Of a DNA stretch of 64,000 bases, positions 11,671-26,196 are shown in pieces. The position numbers were made by a program, and so were the translations under genes. Position 1 is the stretch's first letter. Each line of letters starts with the position of its first letter. Under the pieces are notes generated by a model, which worked only from the letters and a program-made list of their open reading frames with translations, was not told where the DNA came from and did no database searches. The stretch is from Camelus ferus (lineage: Eukaryota): NCBI RefSeq assembly GCF_009834535.1, contig NC_045697.1, positions 95,668,001 to 95,732,000 of the forward strand. The letters are read 5' to 3'.

Positions 11671-14600
11671 AGGTACAGAATGACAGATTAGATAATAAAA
11701 CAAGAGCCTACAATATGCTACCTACAAGAAACCCACTTTAGGGCAAAGGACACACATAGGTTCAATGGGAGGGGATGGAAAAAGGTATTTCATGCAAATG
11801 GCAAAGACAAGAAAGCAGGGGTAGCAATACTCATCTCAAACAAAACAGATTTTTTAAAAAGGCCAGAAAGATAAAGATGCCACGTAATGATAAAAGGATC
11901 AATACAAGAATAAGTTATTTCACTCATTAACATATATGCACCCAATGTAGGAGCACTAAGATACATAAAACAAATACTAACAGACCTACAGGAGAAACTG
12001 ATGGGAATACAGATACAGTAGGAGATTTTAACACCCACTGAAATCAATAGGTCTTCCAGACAGCAAATCAATAAGACATCAGAGATCCTAAATGACCCAA
12101 TAGAATAGTTAGACTTAATTGACATTTTCAGGACAATACATTAGAAAGAAAAAAAAAAAAAACACAGAATATACATTCTTTTCAAGCACACATGGAATAT
12201 TCTCAAGGATAGACTACATACTCCAACACAAAACAATCCTTAACAAATATAAAAGGATAGAAATATTTCAAGGACCTTTTCTGACCACAAAGTCATGAAA
12301 CCAGAAATCAACCACAGAAAGAGAAAGGAGAAAAGAATGATTGCATGGAGTCTAAACAATCTGCTACTTAAAAAAAAAAAAAAAAAAAATCAATGTGTCA
12401 ATGATAAAATCAAAGAAGCAGCTGAAAAAGGCCTTGAGACAAATGACAATGGAAATATACCCACACAAAATCTAAGGGGTTTAGCAAAAACAGTCCTAAC
12501 AGGGAAATTCGTAACGATACAGGTCTTCCTCAGAAAACAAGAACAATCTCAAATAACCAACATAACTGACCCCCTAAAAGAATTAAAAAGAACGAATGAT
12601 AGCTAAATAAACAGAAGGAAAGCAATAATAAAGTTTAGGGAGGAAATAAAATAGAGGTTTAAAAATCAATAAAATCAAGAGCTGGTTTTTTTAAAGAGTA
12701 AATAACACGAACACATCTCTGGATAGTCTCACCAAGAAGAAAAGAGGACCCAAATAAACAAAATAAGAAATGAAAGAGGAAACATTACAATCAATTCCAG
12801 AGAAATACACACACAAAAAACATAAGAATACTATGAACAATAATAAACAAAGTTAAAAAAAAAACAAAGAGGAGAAATTACAACAAATTCCACAGAAAAT
12901 AAAATCGTAAGAATACTATGAATAATGATATGGCAACAATTTGGACAACCTAGAAGAAATGGACAAGTTTCTAGAAACATACAGTCCACCAAAACTGAAT
13001 CAAGAAAAAAGCAGATAATTTAACAGATCATCACTAGAAGTGAAACAGAATCTGTAATAAAAAATAAAAATAAAAAACCTCTCTGCAAACAAAAGTTTAG
13101 GACCAAATGGCTTTACTAGGGAACTCTACCAAGCATGCAAAGAACAGCTTAAACTGATCTGTCTCAAACTCCTCCAAATGTCTGAAGAGGAGGGAATACC
13201 CTCAAAGTCTTCAGTGAAGTTACTATCACCCTGATACCAAAATCAAAGACACTAACAAAAATTAAATTGCATGCTGATATCATTGATGAACATAGATGCA
13301 AAAATTCTGAACAAAATATTAGCAAAACAAATCCAACAACACATAAAAAAGCTCCTACACCATGATCAAGTTGAATTCATCCCAGGGTCACAAGGATGGT
13401 TCAACATATACAAATAAATCAATATGATACACCACATCAATAAAAAAAAAAAGGTAGGGGACAGACACCACATGATCCTCTCAATAGATATGGGAAAAGT
13501 ATTTGATAAAATCCAACATCCATTCATGATAAAGAGTCTTACTAAAGTATGCACAGAGGGAGCATAAAACCTATCTATGGCAAACCCACAGCCAACATAA
13601 AACTCAGTGGTGAGAAGTTCAAAGCTTTCCCAGTAAAATCTGGGACAGAAACAGGGATGCCCTCTCTCTCATCACATTTTTCACAGAACTAGAACAAACA
13701 ATCCTAAAATTTATATGGACTCACAAAAGACCCAGAAATGCCAAGCAATACTGAAGAAAAAGAATGAAGCTGGAGGAATAACCCTCCCAGACTTCAGACA
13801 ATACTACAGAGCTACAGTAATCAAAACAGCAGGGTATTGTCATAAAAACGGACATGTGGATCAATGGAACAGAACAGAGAGCCCAGAAATAAACCCACAC
13901 ACCTACGGTCAATTCATCTTCCACAAACAAGTCAAGAATGTACAATGGAGAAAATACAGTCCTTAGGCAAGTGGTGTTGGGTAAGCTAGACAGTTGCATG
14001 TTAATCAATGAAGTTAGAACACTGTCACACCATATACAAAAATAAACTTAAAATTGCTTAAAGATTTAAAAATAAGACAGGATACCATAAATCTCATAAA
14101 AGAGAACACAGGCAAAACATTCCCTGACATAAATCATACAGTGTTCTCCTAGGGCAGTCTACCAAGGCAATAAAAGCAAAATTTTTAAAAAGCAAAAATA
14201 AATAAATAGGACGTAATTTAACTTATAAACTTTTGCATGGTAAAGGATACCATAAACAAAATAAAAAAACAACCTACAGAATGGGAGAAAATATTTGCAA
14301 ACAATGTGACTGACAAGAGTGTAATTTCTAGAATATACAAACAGCTCATATAGCTCAACAACAAAAAACAAGCACCCCAATCAAAAAATGGGCAGAAGAC
14401 CTAAATAGACATTTCTCCAATGAAGACATACAGATGGCCAATAAGCACATGAAAAGATGCTCAAAATTGCTAATTATTGGAGAAACACAAATCAAAAGAC
14501 CCCCACACCCCAATATCCATAGCAGCATTATTTACAATAGCCAAGACATGGAAACAACCTAAATGTGTGGATGACTGGATGACTGGATAAAGAAGTTGTG

Positions 14601-15876
14601 GTATATTTATACAACAGAATACTACTCAACCATAAAAAAAAAACACATGATAAAATAGTGCCATTTGCAGCAACATGGATGGCCCTGGAGAATGTCATTC
14701 TAAGTGAAGCAAGCCAGAAAGAGAAAGAAAAACACCATATGATACCACTCATATGTGGAATCTAAAAAAAAAAAAAGACAAATGAACTTAAATATAAAAC
14801 AGAAACAGACTCACAGACAGAATATAGACTTGTGGTTGCCAAGGGGGAAGGGAGTGGGTAGGGATAAACTAAGAGTTCGAGATTTGCAGATACTGACTGG
14901 TATATATAAAATAGACAAGTTTATATTATATAGCACAGGGAAATGTATTCAATATCTTGTAGTAGCTTATGGTGAAAATGAATATATGTATATCCATGTA
15001 TGATTAAAGCATTGTGCTGTACACCAGAAATTGACACAGCATTGTAAACTGACTATACCTCAATTGACAAAAAAAAAAAAATAGTTTCAACAGGAAAAAA
15101 TAAATACAATGATTTATCACCTCACACTGGTCAAAATGGCCATCATTAAAACATCTACAAAGGATAAATGCCAGAGAGGATGTAGAAAAAAGGTAACCCT
15201 CCTACACTGTTGGTGGGAATGTAATTTGGTGCAGCTACTCACCATGGAAAACAGTACAGAGACTCCTTTAAAAACTAACAACAGAGTTACCATATGATTC
15301 CGTAATCCCACACCTGGGCATATATCCAGAGTAAACTAACTCAAAAAGACCCCAAAATTAAGAAAGTGGTATTTACAATAGCTAAGACATGAAAACAACC
15401 TAAATGTCCATTGACAGATGACTGGATAAAGAAGTTATGATACATATATAATAGAATATACTCAGCCATAAAAAATAAAATAATGCAATTTGCAGCAACA
15501 TGCATGGACCTAGAGATGATCATACTAAGTGAAGTATGTCAGACAGAGAAAAACAAATATATCATTTATACATGGAATTGCACAAAAAACTTACAGAAAC
15601 AGAAACAGACTCATAGACAGAAAAGAAACTGGGGGGAAAGGGGATGGGAAGGATAAATTAGGAGTTTGGGACTTGCAGATTCTAACTACTAAATGTGAAA
15701 TAGATGAACAACAAGGATCTACTGTATAGCACAGGGAACTATATTCAATATCTTGTAATAGCCTATAATGAGGAAAAATATGAAGAAGCATATATATATG
15801 TGTATAATTGAATCAATATGCTGTATACTAGAAACTAACACAACATCATTAAATCAACTATACTTCAATAAAAAAA
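11671..15876 (+). mobile_element. LINE-1 copy B: ORF2 from the endonuclease to the 3'UTR, with an internal RT deletion at ~13672 and a nested L1 at 14498-15104
   Basis: EN motifs (tgctacctacaagaaacccactt; aacatatatgcacccaat = NIYAPN); RT N-half up to ggatgccctctctc, then jump to acatttttcacagaac; resumes at 15105 (tacaatg..cacctcacac) exactly where it stopped at 14497. Confidence 0.85.
14498..15104 (+). mobile_element. Younger 5'-truncated L1 3' end nested in L1 copy B
   Basis: Carries the younger 3'UTR type (gagttcgagatttgcagatactgac...gtacaccagaaattgacac) and an A-tail; host sequence is collinear across it. Confidence 0.75.
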
Positions 15877-18800
15877 GACAGTAGAAAATTAGATGCCTCC
15901 TTTAAGGTACCGTATCTGTCCCAATTTGTTCTCATTGAGATGCATTTAGAATAAAATTTGTAATTCTTGTAATAATCACTTATACAAATTTGTAATATAT
16001 GTATACATGTTTGAATAATTACATACTCATAGTTATTCTAAAGTTAAATCCAGTAGGAAAAAATGTATTTTACCAAAAATTAGACATGAATTGTAATTCA
16101 GATATGTTTCTATGTTTCAGAGAAGTATGATATAGTGGTTGATGTGACTTTCAATCAAACATACTGGAATAAAATTTTGGTGGGAAAATGGAAATGTGAT
16201 TTAAGGGAAAATTTAAAGCATATGATTGTCAACTGTTAATGATAAACTTTTTGCTGATTTTTTAAATGAGTGTGATCGGCATTGAACTGCTATGGTGTTT
16301 ATATTTCACTGGATACATTTTAAAATTTGGTGTATCTATTTAAGGCATACATAATTTGCTGTTACAATTACATGGTGTAATGCGTATCAAGTGACTAGCA
16401 CAGACCTTAGACTTAACACTCACATAAAACTAAACTATATATAATTTTAGCTTATGAAAAAGTAAACTATATATAATTTTAAAGGACATGTATTTAAGTA
16501 CCATCTAATAATATCACCAAATGCATAGTAATTAATCCCTTAATTAACTGGAAATATTTTAGAAATTATATGAAATTGCATGTGTTTAAGAATGATACTC
16601 ATCTTTAAAATGATATTCATCTTTAATCATTTCTATTTAATAACTTTTGAACATAAAAATTATAGATGAATACTGTAGCAAATAACTCTGTCTTGTTCTG
16701 TCCAACTCCATGTAAGTTAACCTTCTTAAATAAAGCTCCCTTTCCTTGAACAACTTGTCCTCCCCACCTCCTCCAGAAGTGTCAGGTGGAGCTGCGTATT
16801 ACAACACCCTGAGCATGGCGGGGTGAGGGTGTCTGTCCCTGCTTTACTCATCAGAGTCTCTATAATACTTTTAGGCCAGGGATGTAAAGATAATCCTAGC
16901 TTTATGAACCCAGGTTCCTCCCTAAGATTTTTAAAGTGGGGCTGGTGAGAAAATGTCCTTTCCTCATTGATAGTGCAGTTAATTAAAGAACCAGTTTCAG
17001 AGGGATTCCTAACATGCAGCAGGCGGAAGTCAAAAAGCAAAGCTGGATGATGCTAAAGGATTCAAATGCAAACTAAGAACCTGAATGAGAGGGACAGGTA
17101 CACATCAGAGTGGCCTTGGGAAATGAAGGAACTTCATATGGATGACGTAATTATGCAAAGAGTAAAAAGGTTAGTGACATTCTCTCCTCACTGTAAGATG
17201 GTGTTTGTTGTAGATGCTGTTGTGCGCTTTGCGCTAGGACTCAGTACCACCTCTGGTCAAAATTGACCTGACTCCTGAAAGAGCGGAGCCTATCCCCAAA
17301 AGGTCAATGCAGCCGTGACAGCAGTGAAGTCAGTATTAGATACTCTGAATATTTCACAATTTACTCACCTTTGAAACGTGAATGTGGCATACAAGGGATA
17401 ATATTAAATAGGATGAACTGGTAGCTTAGCAGCCTACTCCTTGGTATTCAAATGATTAGCTAGACTATTTTATTAAATTAGTGTCTAAGAATAGTGTGTA
17501 TACTTAATAGCTAGAAACTGTCAACAGACTATAGCTAAACAATTATTTACTGAGCAATCAAGCTAACTGCTCTCACATCTTAATTTATAATACCAAGATA
17601 GAAATATTTTACAAATAAAAAACAAAATATATGTGAAATGTTGAAATGATCACAGGAATTGCCATAGGTTACAGTTCATGTCAATTTGAAGATCCTACTC
17701 ATGAGATAAGCATAAATGATATTTCTAAAACTCAAGATGAAATTCCACAATATGTGGAGATTTTTTTCTAAGTGGAAATAAAGAGTAAACTAGTTTGGTC
17801 AGAATCTTCTAATTCCAATAGAACAGTATGATGGGGTAGAATTTCTCAGTGAAAGTGGTTGACTGAAATATTTTTAGCTTCTATGAGTCCGGAATATATT
17901 AAAGAAACTAAGCCAGTGGCTAAGGATACTTAAGCATACGTAGGGCACTTCAATGAAGTAGTTGAATGAAAGTATTACTGTTTACTTATCCATCAATGCC
18001 ACTTAGCAAGAAGGAGCCCATGAGACATTCGTAACTGTCAATTTCAGAGACTACATAATCGGATTAGCAACTGAGGGAGCCTAAAAGAGATGAAAAATGT
18101 ACCAACAACCCAACCTGACTGGACTGTTTTATAGGATCATCCATTTTCACTACAAACTCACACAGTAGATCTGGTGAATTTACTTATTCAGGGTTGTAAC
18201 TAAAAAAATGTTGCCTTTTAAACAATCTCAGTACCACGACTTAATTTTGTCTCATTTTAATCTTTTGCACTGTGGCAGAGTCATATATTTTTTCTAATTT
18301 CCTTAGGTTGTTCTGTATAAGATTTTTTGAGAGTATCTCCAAGTAATCAAATACCATAAGGGAGAGATGGCCATGTGTCAGAAATTATTTAAGAGAAAGT
18401 TCACTCAGATGCTAAATTATATTTGGATCTACATGTTCTGAATTACTAAAAGCACTAATACTAAGTTTGATTCTGCTCAGTTATGCTTATAAAATGGGAC
18501 TTTTAAAATGATACATTCAAAGAAAAAGTATTTTGGGGGTGAAGTAAAATACTGATTTTCTGGGTTAACACTAATTTTCATAAGAACATTATAAACATAG
18601 TAACATCATTACTGACACAGCATGTAATTAATGCCATTGTTCTAATTTTTTAAGTATCGTTTTATTCTACATTTTACTTATTTTTTTAACTTAAAAATAT
18701 TACTGATTTAAAATTGATTTAAAATATTTTCTTTTCGTCAATTTTGTAGAAAGAAGTATGAACTTATTAACCCATTTTGTATTTACTAAACATTACTGCA

Positions 18801-20481
18801 TTACTGCACATATTCTCTGCAAAAATTCCTCTATAAAATTCTTTTAAACATAATCCAATACTTTCCTTGTGTGAGCAATACTACTCAACAATGGAACACC
18901 AAAAATGATTTTAACTTTGCCCACAGACGGGAGCTGTGTTCTTCTGACTAATCCTAATTGACTAAAATAGAATGCGTCCTAATTGTTTAAAAACCTCTGC
19001 CTAATCTAGCATTCAGATGGAAATCATTATCTAGGTTAGGTTGTCAAGAGAAAATAGTAATAAATGTCTCCTTGTTGTGACGTGATCAAATGAGACAACA
19101 TATTTCACAATTTGGATGCCAAGCAATGGCCTTAAATTTGGTGGTAACCTATTCTTCAGAGCTCTGTAATTATCTGGAAATTGTTAGAGTAAACTTGATC
19201 AATAAGGAGACTTCTTGCAGAAAACCGAGGAAAGATATGTGAGGAAAAAATGATCTGGCCAAATTATCATTTGAAATTAAAGCCATCATTGGTCAATTAA
19301 ACATAAACAAACAAAAGGAAATTTTTGTCCAATTGGAAAGGTTAAACATAAGAATGACCCTTGACTGGTAGGATTAAGAGTATCCAGAATGGTAGACCAT
19401 TTAGGTCTAATTTATAAGGAGAAATTAAAAATAAATACAGGTTAGAAATCCATTTGCTTCTAATATATAGAGCATCTTATTCAGAGGAAAAGTAATTTAA
19501 CAGCCAAATTCTAAAGTCCCTTCTAGTGTGGTGTTTTATGATACAAGTTAGAATATTTAAAAGTGCATTAATCTACAGGATAATTTTTCTCATTTACCAC
19601 CATTGCAAATCCAGATGAATAAAGTTCTTTTTCTGCACAGAATCAATTTCAACAAAGGACAAGCAACTTACTATATAGATGAAAACTACTAAAACTGTCA
19701 ATCAAGTAAGAAAATTTGCAGCCACAATTCCTATGCTGTTAGGAATAGACAGAAATGTGAAATAAAATGTATTGAATTTTCCTGATTAAGCAGAAGCAAT
19801 GAATAAAAATGCTCCACTTTCTTTACCCTTTTTGAGTTATTTCAAAAATCTGTAGGAGTCATGCAAGTTGTTGAAGAACATTATTTCCATCTCCACAAAT
19901 TTTATTCTTAAATTTTAATACTAATATGGGACAGTGTTTTTTAAAAGGAATGATTTGACAGATAGTTTTACTTAACCTGAAGCAAAAATTTAGGCTGTGA
20001 ATTTTTACTGGCAATAATATGAAGTACTTAGGACCTGAATTAAAATTTTAAATATCGGCCACCTATAACTAAACATTTGCCATTTTTTTTATCATATCTC
20101 TGAAAATAATACAGTTCAAGTACTCTTCATATTGTATTGTGTTTCGCAATATTCCTTATCATTTTGCTTAAAAATATAATATCCTGAATACAGTATCTGG
20201 AACAACAATGGCGATGTTCTTGTGAGATACAGAAAAAAATCTTAATAAAAAAAGGGATAAGATATTTGCCATTGCTAAAGAAACATTTATCTTTAGAACT
20301 TGATCTGACTAATAACCCCCACTATATGGAGGAACTGATTATCATACAAAGCGTAGGAATTCACTATAATCCTACATGTTAAAATTCTACTAAGAGCCTC
20401 GTAGGGGTGGAGAATCTTGGATTTAACAGCTACAAAGTTACCGCGAGTTTGCAGTCATGGTTACTGTAATTGAAAGAAAAA

Positions 20482-20860
20482 TGTATCTGAGTGTGCTAGG
20501 GCTGCCATAACAAAGTACAACAGACTGGGTGGCTTCAACAACAGGAAATGATTTACTTACAGTTCTCGAGCCTAGAAAGCCTAAATCAAAGTGTCAGCAG
20601 TTCTGGCTTCTCCTGAACCCTCTCTTCTTGACTTGCAGATGGCTGCCTTCTCCGTGTCCTCACACAGCCTCCTTCTGGGCGAGGGTATCCCTAGAATCTC
20701 CCTGTGTGCTCTATCTTCTTCTTATAAAGACACCGCCCTACTGACCTCAATTAACCCAACCACCTCTTTGAATCCCTCTCTCTAAATAAAATCACTTTCC
20801 TAGGTAGTGGAGGTTAGGGCTTTACCATAAATTTTGAGGGACATCATTCAGCCTGTCACA
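20482..20860 (-). mobile_element. MaLR solo LTR (MLT1B/C-like)
   Basis: ctagggctgccataacaaagtacaacagactgggtggctt...ggttagggctttaccataaattttgagggacatcattcagcctgtcaca is the reverse complement of MLT1; TG/CA ends. Confidence 0.9.
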
Positions 20861-22845
20861 ATATCCGATGTTGTTTATATTAAGGAAATGGAAATCACCC
20901 CAACTGTTTTCTTACATATACCTTACGACCTGTGAGAACAGAGGGGAAATAGGATGTTCTGGAAATATCTGTAAGTATCTTCAAAGGGTATCTAAATTAC
21001 TGTAAATTTTGTTTTAAAACCTCTGAACTTTTGCTTATGTATATTATTTTCATAGTAGACATGATGAAAAGAACATCAGAAAGCGGATCAAGTCTTGTGA
21101 TAAGCAGTGACAGCAGAACAATTCCCGAGTCGTTCCAAAAGATGAGTGAGTCTGCAGCTCCCCTCTGAACATTACAGTTCTGAGTTCTACTGAATCTCCA
21201 TCTATCAAATATAATCTATAAAGTTATTTTAATTATGATTGAGAGATACAATATATGTATTTCTAGTTCTGAAAATTAGGGATAAAATGGTGCAGGTATT
21301 GGCACAGGAGACCAATCAGAACCATTCTATCTGTCAAAGAACGTTCCACAATATTGGGAATTTTACCACAGTAGATGAGGAGGCACTTTCACGATGCAAA
21401 ATCTCTTAGTGGGGGTAAGAGATGCAAGTAGGCTTATCAGAGTAAATTCAGATGTCCTGAAAGCATTGCAAACAAGAGAAGCCAAAGTCAATTTATTGTC
21501 CTCAACAATTGCATGTATTTTGTGGTTCTTGTTACCATCTACTTATATTCTCTATATGCTAATTCCTCTATTTGTGCAGAAGAAATGTAAATGTCTATGT
21601 GGAAATCTAAGCTACAAAGTTGATAGGAATTTTGCAGTCAGTTGACTTTTATGCATTAAAAAGGAAGTATGAGGGTTACAGAAGTTCTTCACACCCTTAT
21701 AGTTGAAAATTTAGAAGTCAGGGCTCTGAGTTAAGATTGGCCCTTCTTACCTGTTTTAAATTTGATTTAAATGATACATTTATAGATTTATTTATATGTA
21801 TTTAAATTAGATGGACTTCAAAAGTTATATAGAAATTGTTTAGTGTTATAGAGGGTCTTAGTAGTTGATTCAAAATAACATGAAATATAATTAAAATGTT
21901 ATGTAATACCTTGAACAAAATAGTCCGTAATGGTACAAACTAACGTTACTACAATCACTATTATTTTGCTGAAAAAGTGATTTTTTTTCCCTTCAAGATA
22001 CAGAAACTAAAGCATAAGAAGGGATTTTTTATGACACAGCAAAAAGATAAAAAATAAAAGCAATTTTAGAAGACTATGTAGGTTATTTAAAATTAGGAAA
22101 AAATATTTACTCGTAAAATATATTTAATAAATGTTCATACATGCATTTAATACATTTATTATAGCAGCTTTATGACCTAATTTTTGCAAACTGAAACTAT
22201 ATAACCACACTTCTCTGAGAGGACATATTGTAAAAAAAATTTAACATACTGTAAAAATATTTTAAGATGGAATACTATATACTTAATGTTTAGGGTTAAT
22301 GTAGGTATTCACAATTATCAAGCTAATACACAGAATACTTAAGAAAACCTCCACAAGCAATAGAATGCCTTCTGCCATACTAAATCTTGCACATTTCAGA
22401 ACTGGGTAAAACACTGTTTCTTCTTTATTTATAGCCTTATAAAATGAAAAGAATATAAAGCATTCACTAAATGTATATTTATATATACTTTTACTTTCTT
22501 ACAGGAACTGAAGAATATCACTTCTGTTCCTTTTTCTAATGTCTAAATCTCTGCATAAATTTCTTAAAGAGAAAGTGCAACAAAATTCAACGATGCAGAG
22601 AAAACTGTGATTTAATTTTGCATTAGTTTCTTGTGTGTGGAAGGGAGAGAGAAAACATAGGTATAAAGAAAGTTAGGCAGACACATAGCTGGATAGAGTT
22701 CAGATTTAAGAAAAATATGCCCGCCTAACAAAGAAGATTAGTCCTTTTAAAGCAGTGAGTTAATGTCAGTTTATTACATGCATGATTTCAGAAAAAGTTT
22801 ATAAGTAATTTGATTTTAAAACCTAAATGCAGAACTTATGCTATA

Positions 22846-23421
22846 TGTATCAGATATCTGCTATAGCAATAAAGCTGCATGATAAAGGACTACGAAATCT
22901 CAGAGGCCTATGGTACTAAGCACTTATTAATTCATGAGTCTCATTGATCTGGGCTTAATTGATCAGGCTGGGCCCACTCATTTATCTGTGGTCAAGTATG
23001 GGTCATCTAGGCAGCTCTGGTGACTATGAGCAGGTTTGTTCACTTTGGGGAGCACCTCTAGCATGGCAGACTAAGACACTCCTGCCTGGAATGACTAGGG
23101 GAACCCAGCACCCTGTCACATACTCTCACTGACCTGCAGGTCAGGAGGTACAAGGTTTCATCACAACTACAGAAAAACAAGAGTAAACAAACCCAATCAG
23201 GAAGGTGTTTTTGAACATCTATTTACATCACATAGATTAATATCTTATGAGCTAAAATAAGTCTCAAGAATTAATTCAAAATTAAGCAGCAGGAAAATAT
23301 ACTTCACATTTTTTTTTTGTTTTGTTTTGTTTTTGGTAAAGAACAGTATCACCATATGACAAAGGGCATGGATAGGTCCTGGGGCCAAGAATAGGATCAG
23401 TAATGTAATCAACCTACCACA
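22846..23421 (-). mobile_element. MaLR solo LTR (MLT1G/H/I-like)
   Basis: tgtatcagatatctgctatagcaataaagctgcat... to ...gacaaagggcatggatagg...aatcaacctaccaca. Confidence 0.75.
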
Positions 23422-24073
23422 CCATATTAATCTGATAATTTGGAGTTTTTTGGAATGAAAAAAACATGAAAATGGTATCTACTAGCTTTCATACAGTCAA
23501 CCCACTAGATTCTTTACAAAGGAAAAATAAGTGAGTACTAAGTATGTTTATCTACAATAGAAATTCAGTTATCTAATACAGAGTAAATATCTTGTAGGGA
23601 CAAGATTCCTGTTTCTTATTTAGTCTTTAAAGAAATATAATGTTTGAATGGCTAAAGCCCACTATGAAGATGAAAAGAAAAATACAAAAAATATTAAAAG
23701 TTTCCTCAAGTTCAGCCACTGTAAAATGATGGTATTTAACATTTCATAAAAAAAAATATATAAATCTTTACTTATGCTGCTGGCAATAATAGGTAAATGG
23801 ATAGATGAATAAATGGAAGGAAAAAAAAATAAGGTCTTTCCTAAATTTGGAATCACAGTATGGTACTGTACTATATAGTATACACACTATGTCTTTTAAA
23901 ACTAATTATATTTGCATTTAGTAAAAAGAAAAATATATTTATATCATGTTCTAAATTACCTTGCTATAAAGTTTTCTTTACTATAATTTCCCTTTGAGGA
24001 TTACTTACAGCTTACATAAAAATGGAGATATATACATGAATAAATATGGAAATATATAGATGGTAATGTATTT

Positions 24074-24310
24074 TTTCAGACTTCGTTTTTTTAAGAACTG
24101 TTTTAGGTTTAAGACAAAATTGAGAGGTTCAGGGACTTCCCATATATTATCCTCTGCTCCCACCCATGCATAGCCTCCCCACTATCAACATTGCTTCCAA
24201 GGTGGTACAATTTCTACCAAGAATGAGCTAATACATTACTGACTCATCATAACCATCCAGAGTCCATAGTTTAGCTTAAGAGTCACTCTTGATGTTATAC
24301 ATTCTATGGT
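24074..24310 (-). mobile_element. L1MC/MD-like 3' end fragment
   Basis: gttttaggtttaagacaaaattgag...gcatagcctccccactatcaacat...gagtccatagttt...cactcttgatgttatacattctatgg. Confidence 0.8.
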
Positions 24311-25969
24311 GAATAGTTGGATTTTCTATGTAGCTTTTGCATAGATTAGTCATACTTTAGTTAGGGTGTTAGAATATCTGTGTGTATAATGAGCATATTT
24401 TGATTGTTTATCCTGAAATCTCATGAATTAGAATACTTTTATTTTGTGTATTCTAATTCACTACACCATTATCTGTAAATGATTTAGACTGTCAAAATTG
24501 TGTAAAAGACATCACTTTTTAGCCAGAGAGAGTGGAAATGAATTAATATATTTTATAATATGATGAACTGCTACTTTCCTACCATAAAAGTTGTTTTATA
24601 ATATGATGAATAATTGCTACTTTCCTACCATGAAAGTTATACTTTTGCATATATGGTTTTATTTTAAATCTGGACTATTGGTTTATATTATAAATTTCAA
24701 ATTACATTTTTTAAATAAAAATACACCTTCAGTTCACTACTTAACAACAAACGTCTTGATTACTCAGCAATGGTCAGAATAAGGCAATTGGATTCCTTTA
24801 GGATAGTTACATTAAACTCTCATTTTGTTTTCTCAAATATTCCATTATTGGAATTGAGGAATGACAAAGTATTTTTCTACTCAACAAAATCCATTTTGTA
24901 GTACATATTGATTAAACCTGAGGTTTTATCTAACATTTAAAATGACAGATGAAATGCTAATAGAACTATTCTTTAATCATTTGAACTTCAAGTTTGTAAA
25001 AAAAAAAAAAAAAGTTTGAGACCAAGAAATGTTCATTTAAGATGGTAACACTAGATTCCTAAAAACAAAAGGATCACAAATAGTAAAGAAAGCAGACATA
25101 TGAAATGGAATTATACAGTCTCTAAAAAGGCAGTGGAAAAAACTAACTACTAGAGAACTGAGTGAAATACTCTAGTTTCTTGTGTGATATTTGTTGAAAG
25201 TAGTGAGGGTGGGAAAGTCAAGAAATCTGGAAGTGGGAATCCAAATATTTAACTTTTAAGCTAATATTTTAAATAAAAATAAGGGTTTGCCAGACAGTCA
25301 AGGACTGTACCCATATGTAAGCATATATATAAATGTATGTATTAAGGGGTGTGTATTTTGTGATCCTTTTGAGAGAAATATACAATTAGGTTTGGATGAG
25401 AAAATATACTGGTACCTAATGATCGATAGTCTGAATAATTTAGAGGCTTAATCTTTGGGAATTGAGTCCATAATATTACAAGAGAATTTAGTCAAGCTTA
25501 ACCCCAGTAATGATAATTAATCATTAATTAGTAGAACCAGAGAGGTAATGGCTCACAGCTCATTATAAATTTAATACCAGGACATTGCTGATCCCGGGGC
25601 TTGGGGTAAAGATATGGCACAGGGAAGAGATGGGTCTACAGGTGACGTTGGGTCAGTTACTTTGGAGACTGCACTGCTGCAGAGGGGAAGACTCACGCAG
25701 GTTCGTATTTAACATTTATGAGTAAATAATACATTTACACTGAGTAAATATTAGATATTTGATTTTACTCAGCCAACTGGAAAAGTGCTATTAGAAAGAG
25801 CAGAGTTTAAACATTAATATTAATTTATAAACATGATACCTAAAAAGGCTCTGCTTTCGAACAGCAGGCCTTACATATGCCGAGAATAAAGTTATAGTTC
25901 ATAACATGTTTATTTTATGACTACCATTTCTTGAGAACTGCAAGAAAGGCTATTAGAAATAGCTAAGTA

Positions 25970-26105
25970 CAAATAATTTATCTAGAGCTTATATGCCAGG
26001 TACTGAGCTAGACAGCTATGTAGTTAATAACTGTATTTGCAGATGTGAAAATTGAGTTGGAAAAGGTTAGTAACTCACCAATATCACACAGTTATTTTGG
26101 CATCA
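25970..26105 (-). mobile_element. MIR fragment
   Basis: tatgccaggtactgagcta...tttgcagatgtgaaaattgag...ggttagtaactcaccaatatcacacag. Confidence 0.65.
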
Positions 26106-26196
26106 ATGGGAATCTCTTCTTGAGATTTCAGCCTTCAAATATTATGACAAAGCAAAAGTGCCTATGTGATACTAACGCAATAAAAGCTAGTTCACT

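Noticed and set aside
8669..15876. A full-length, potentially active L1
   Set aside because: The ~7 kb length is coincidental: ORF1 is absent, there are three 3'UTRs, and ORF2 has many stops, frameshifts and deletions.
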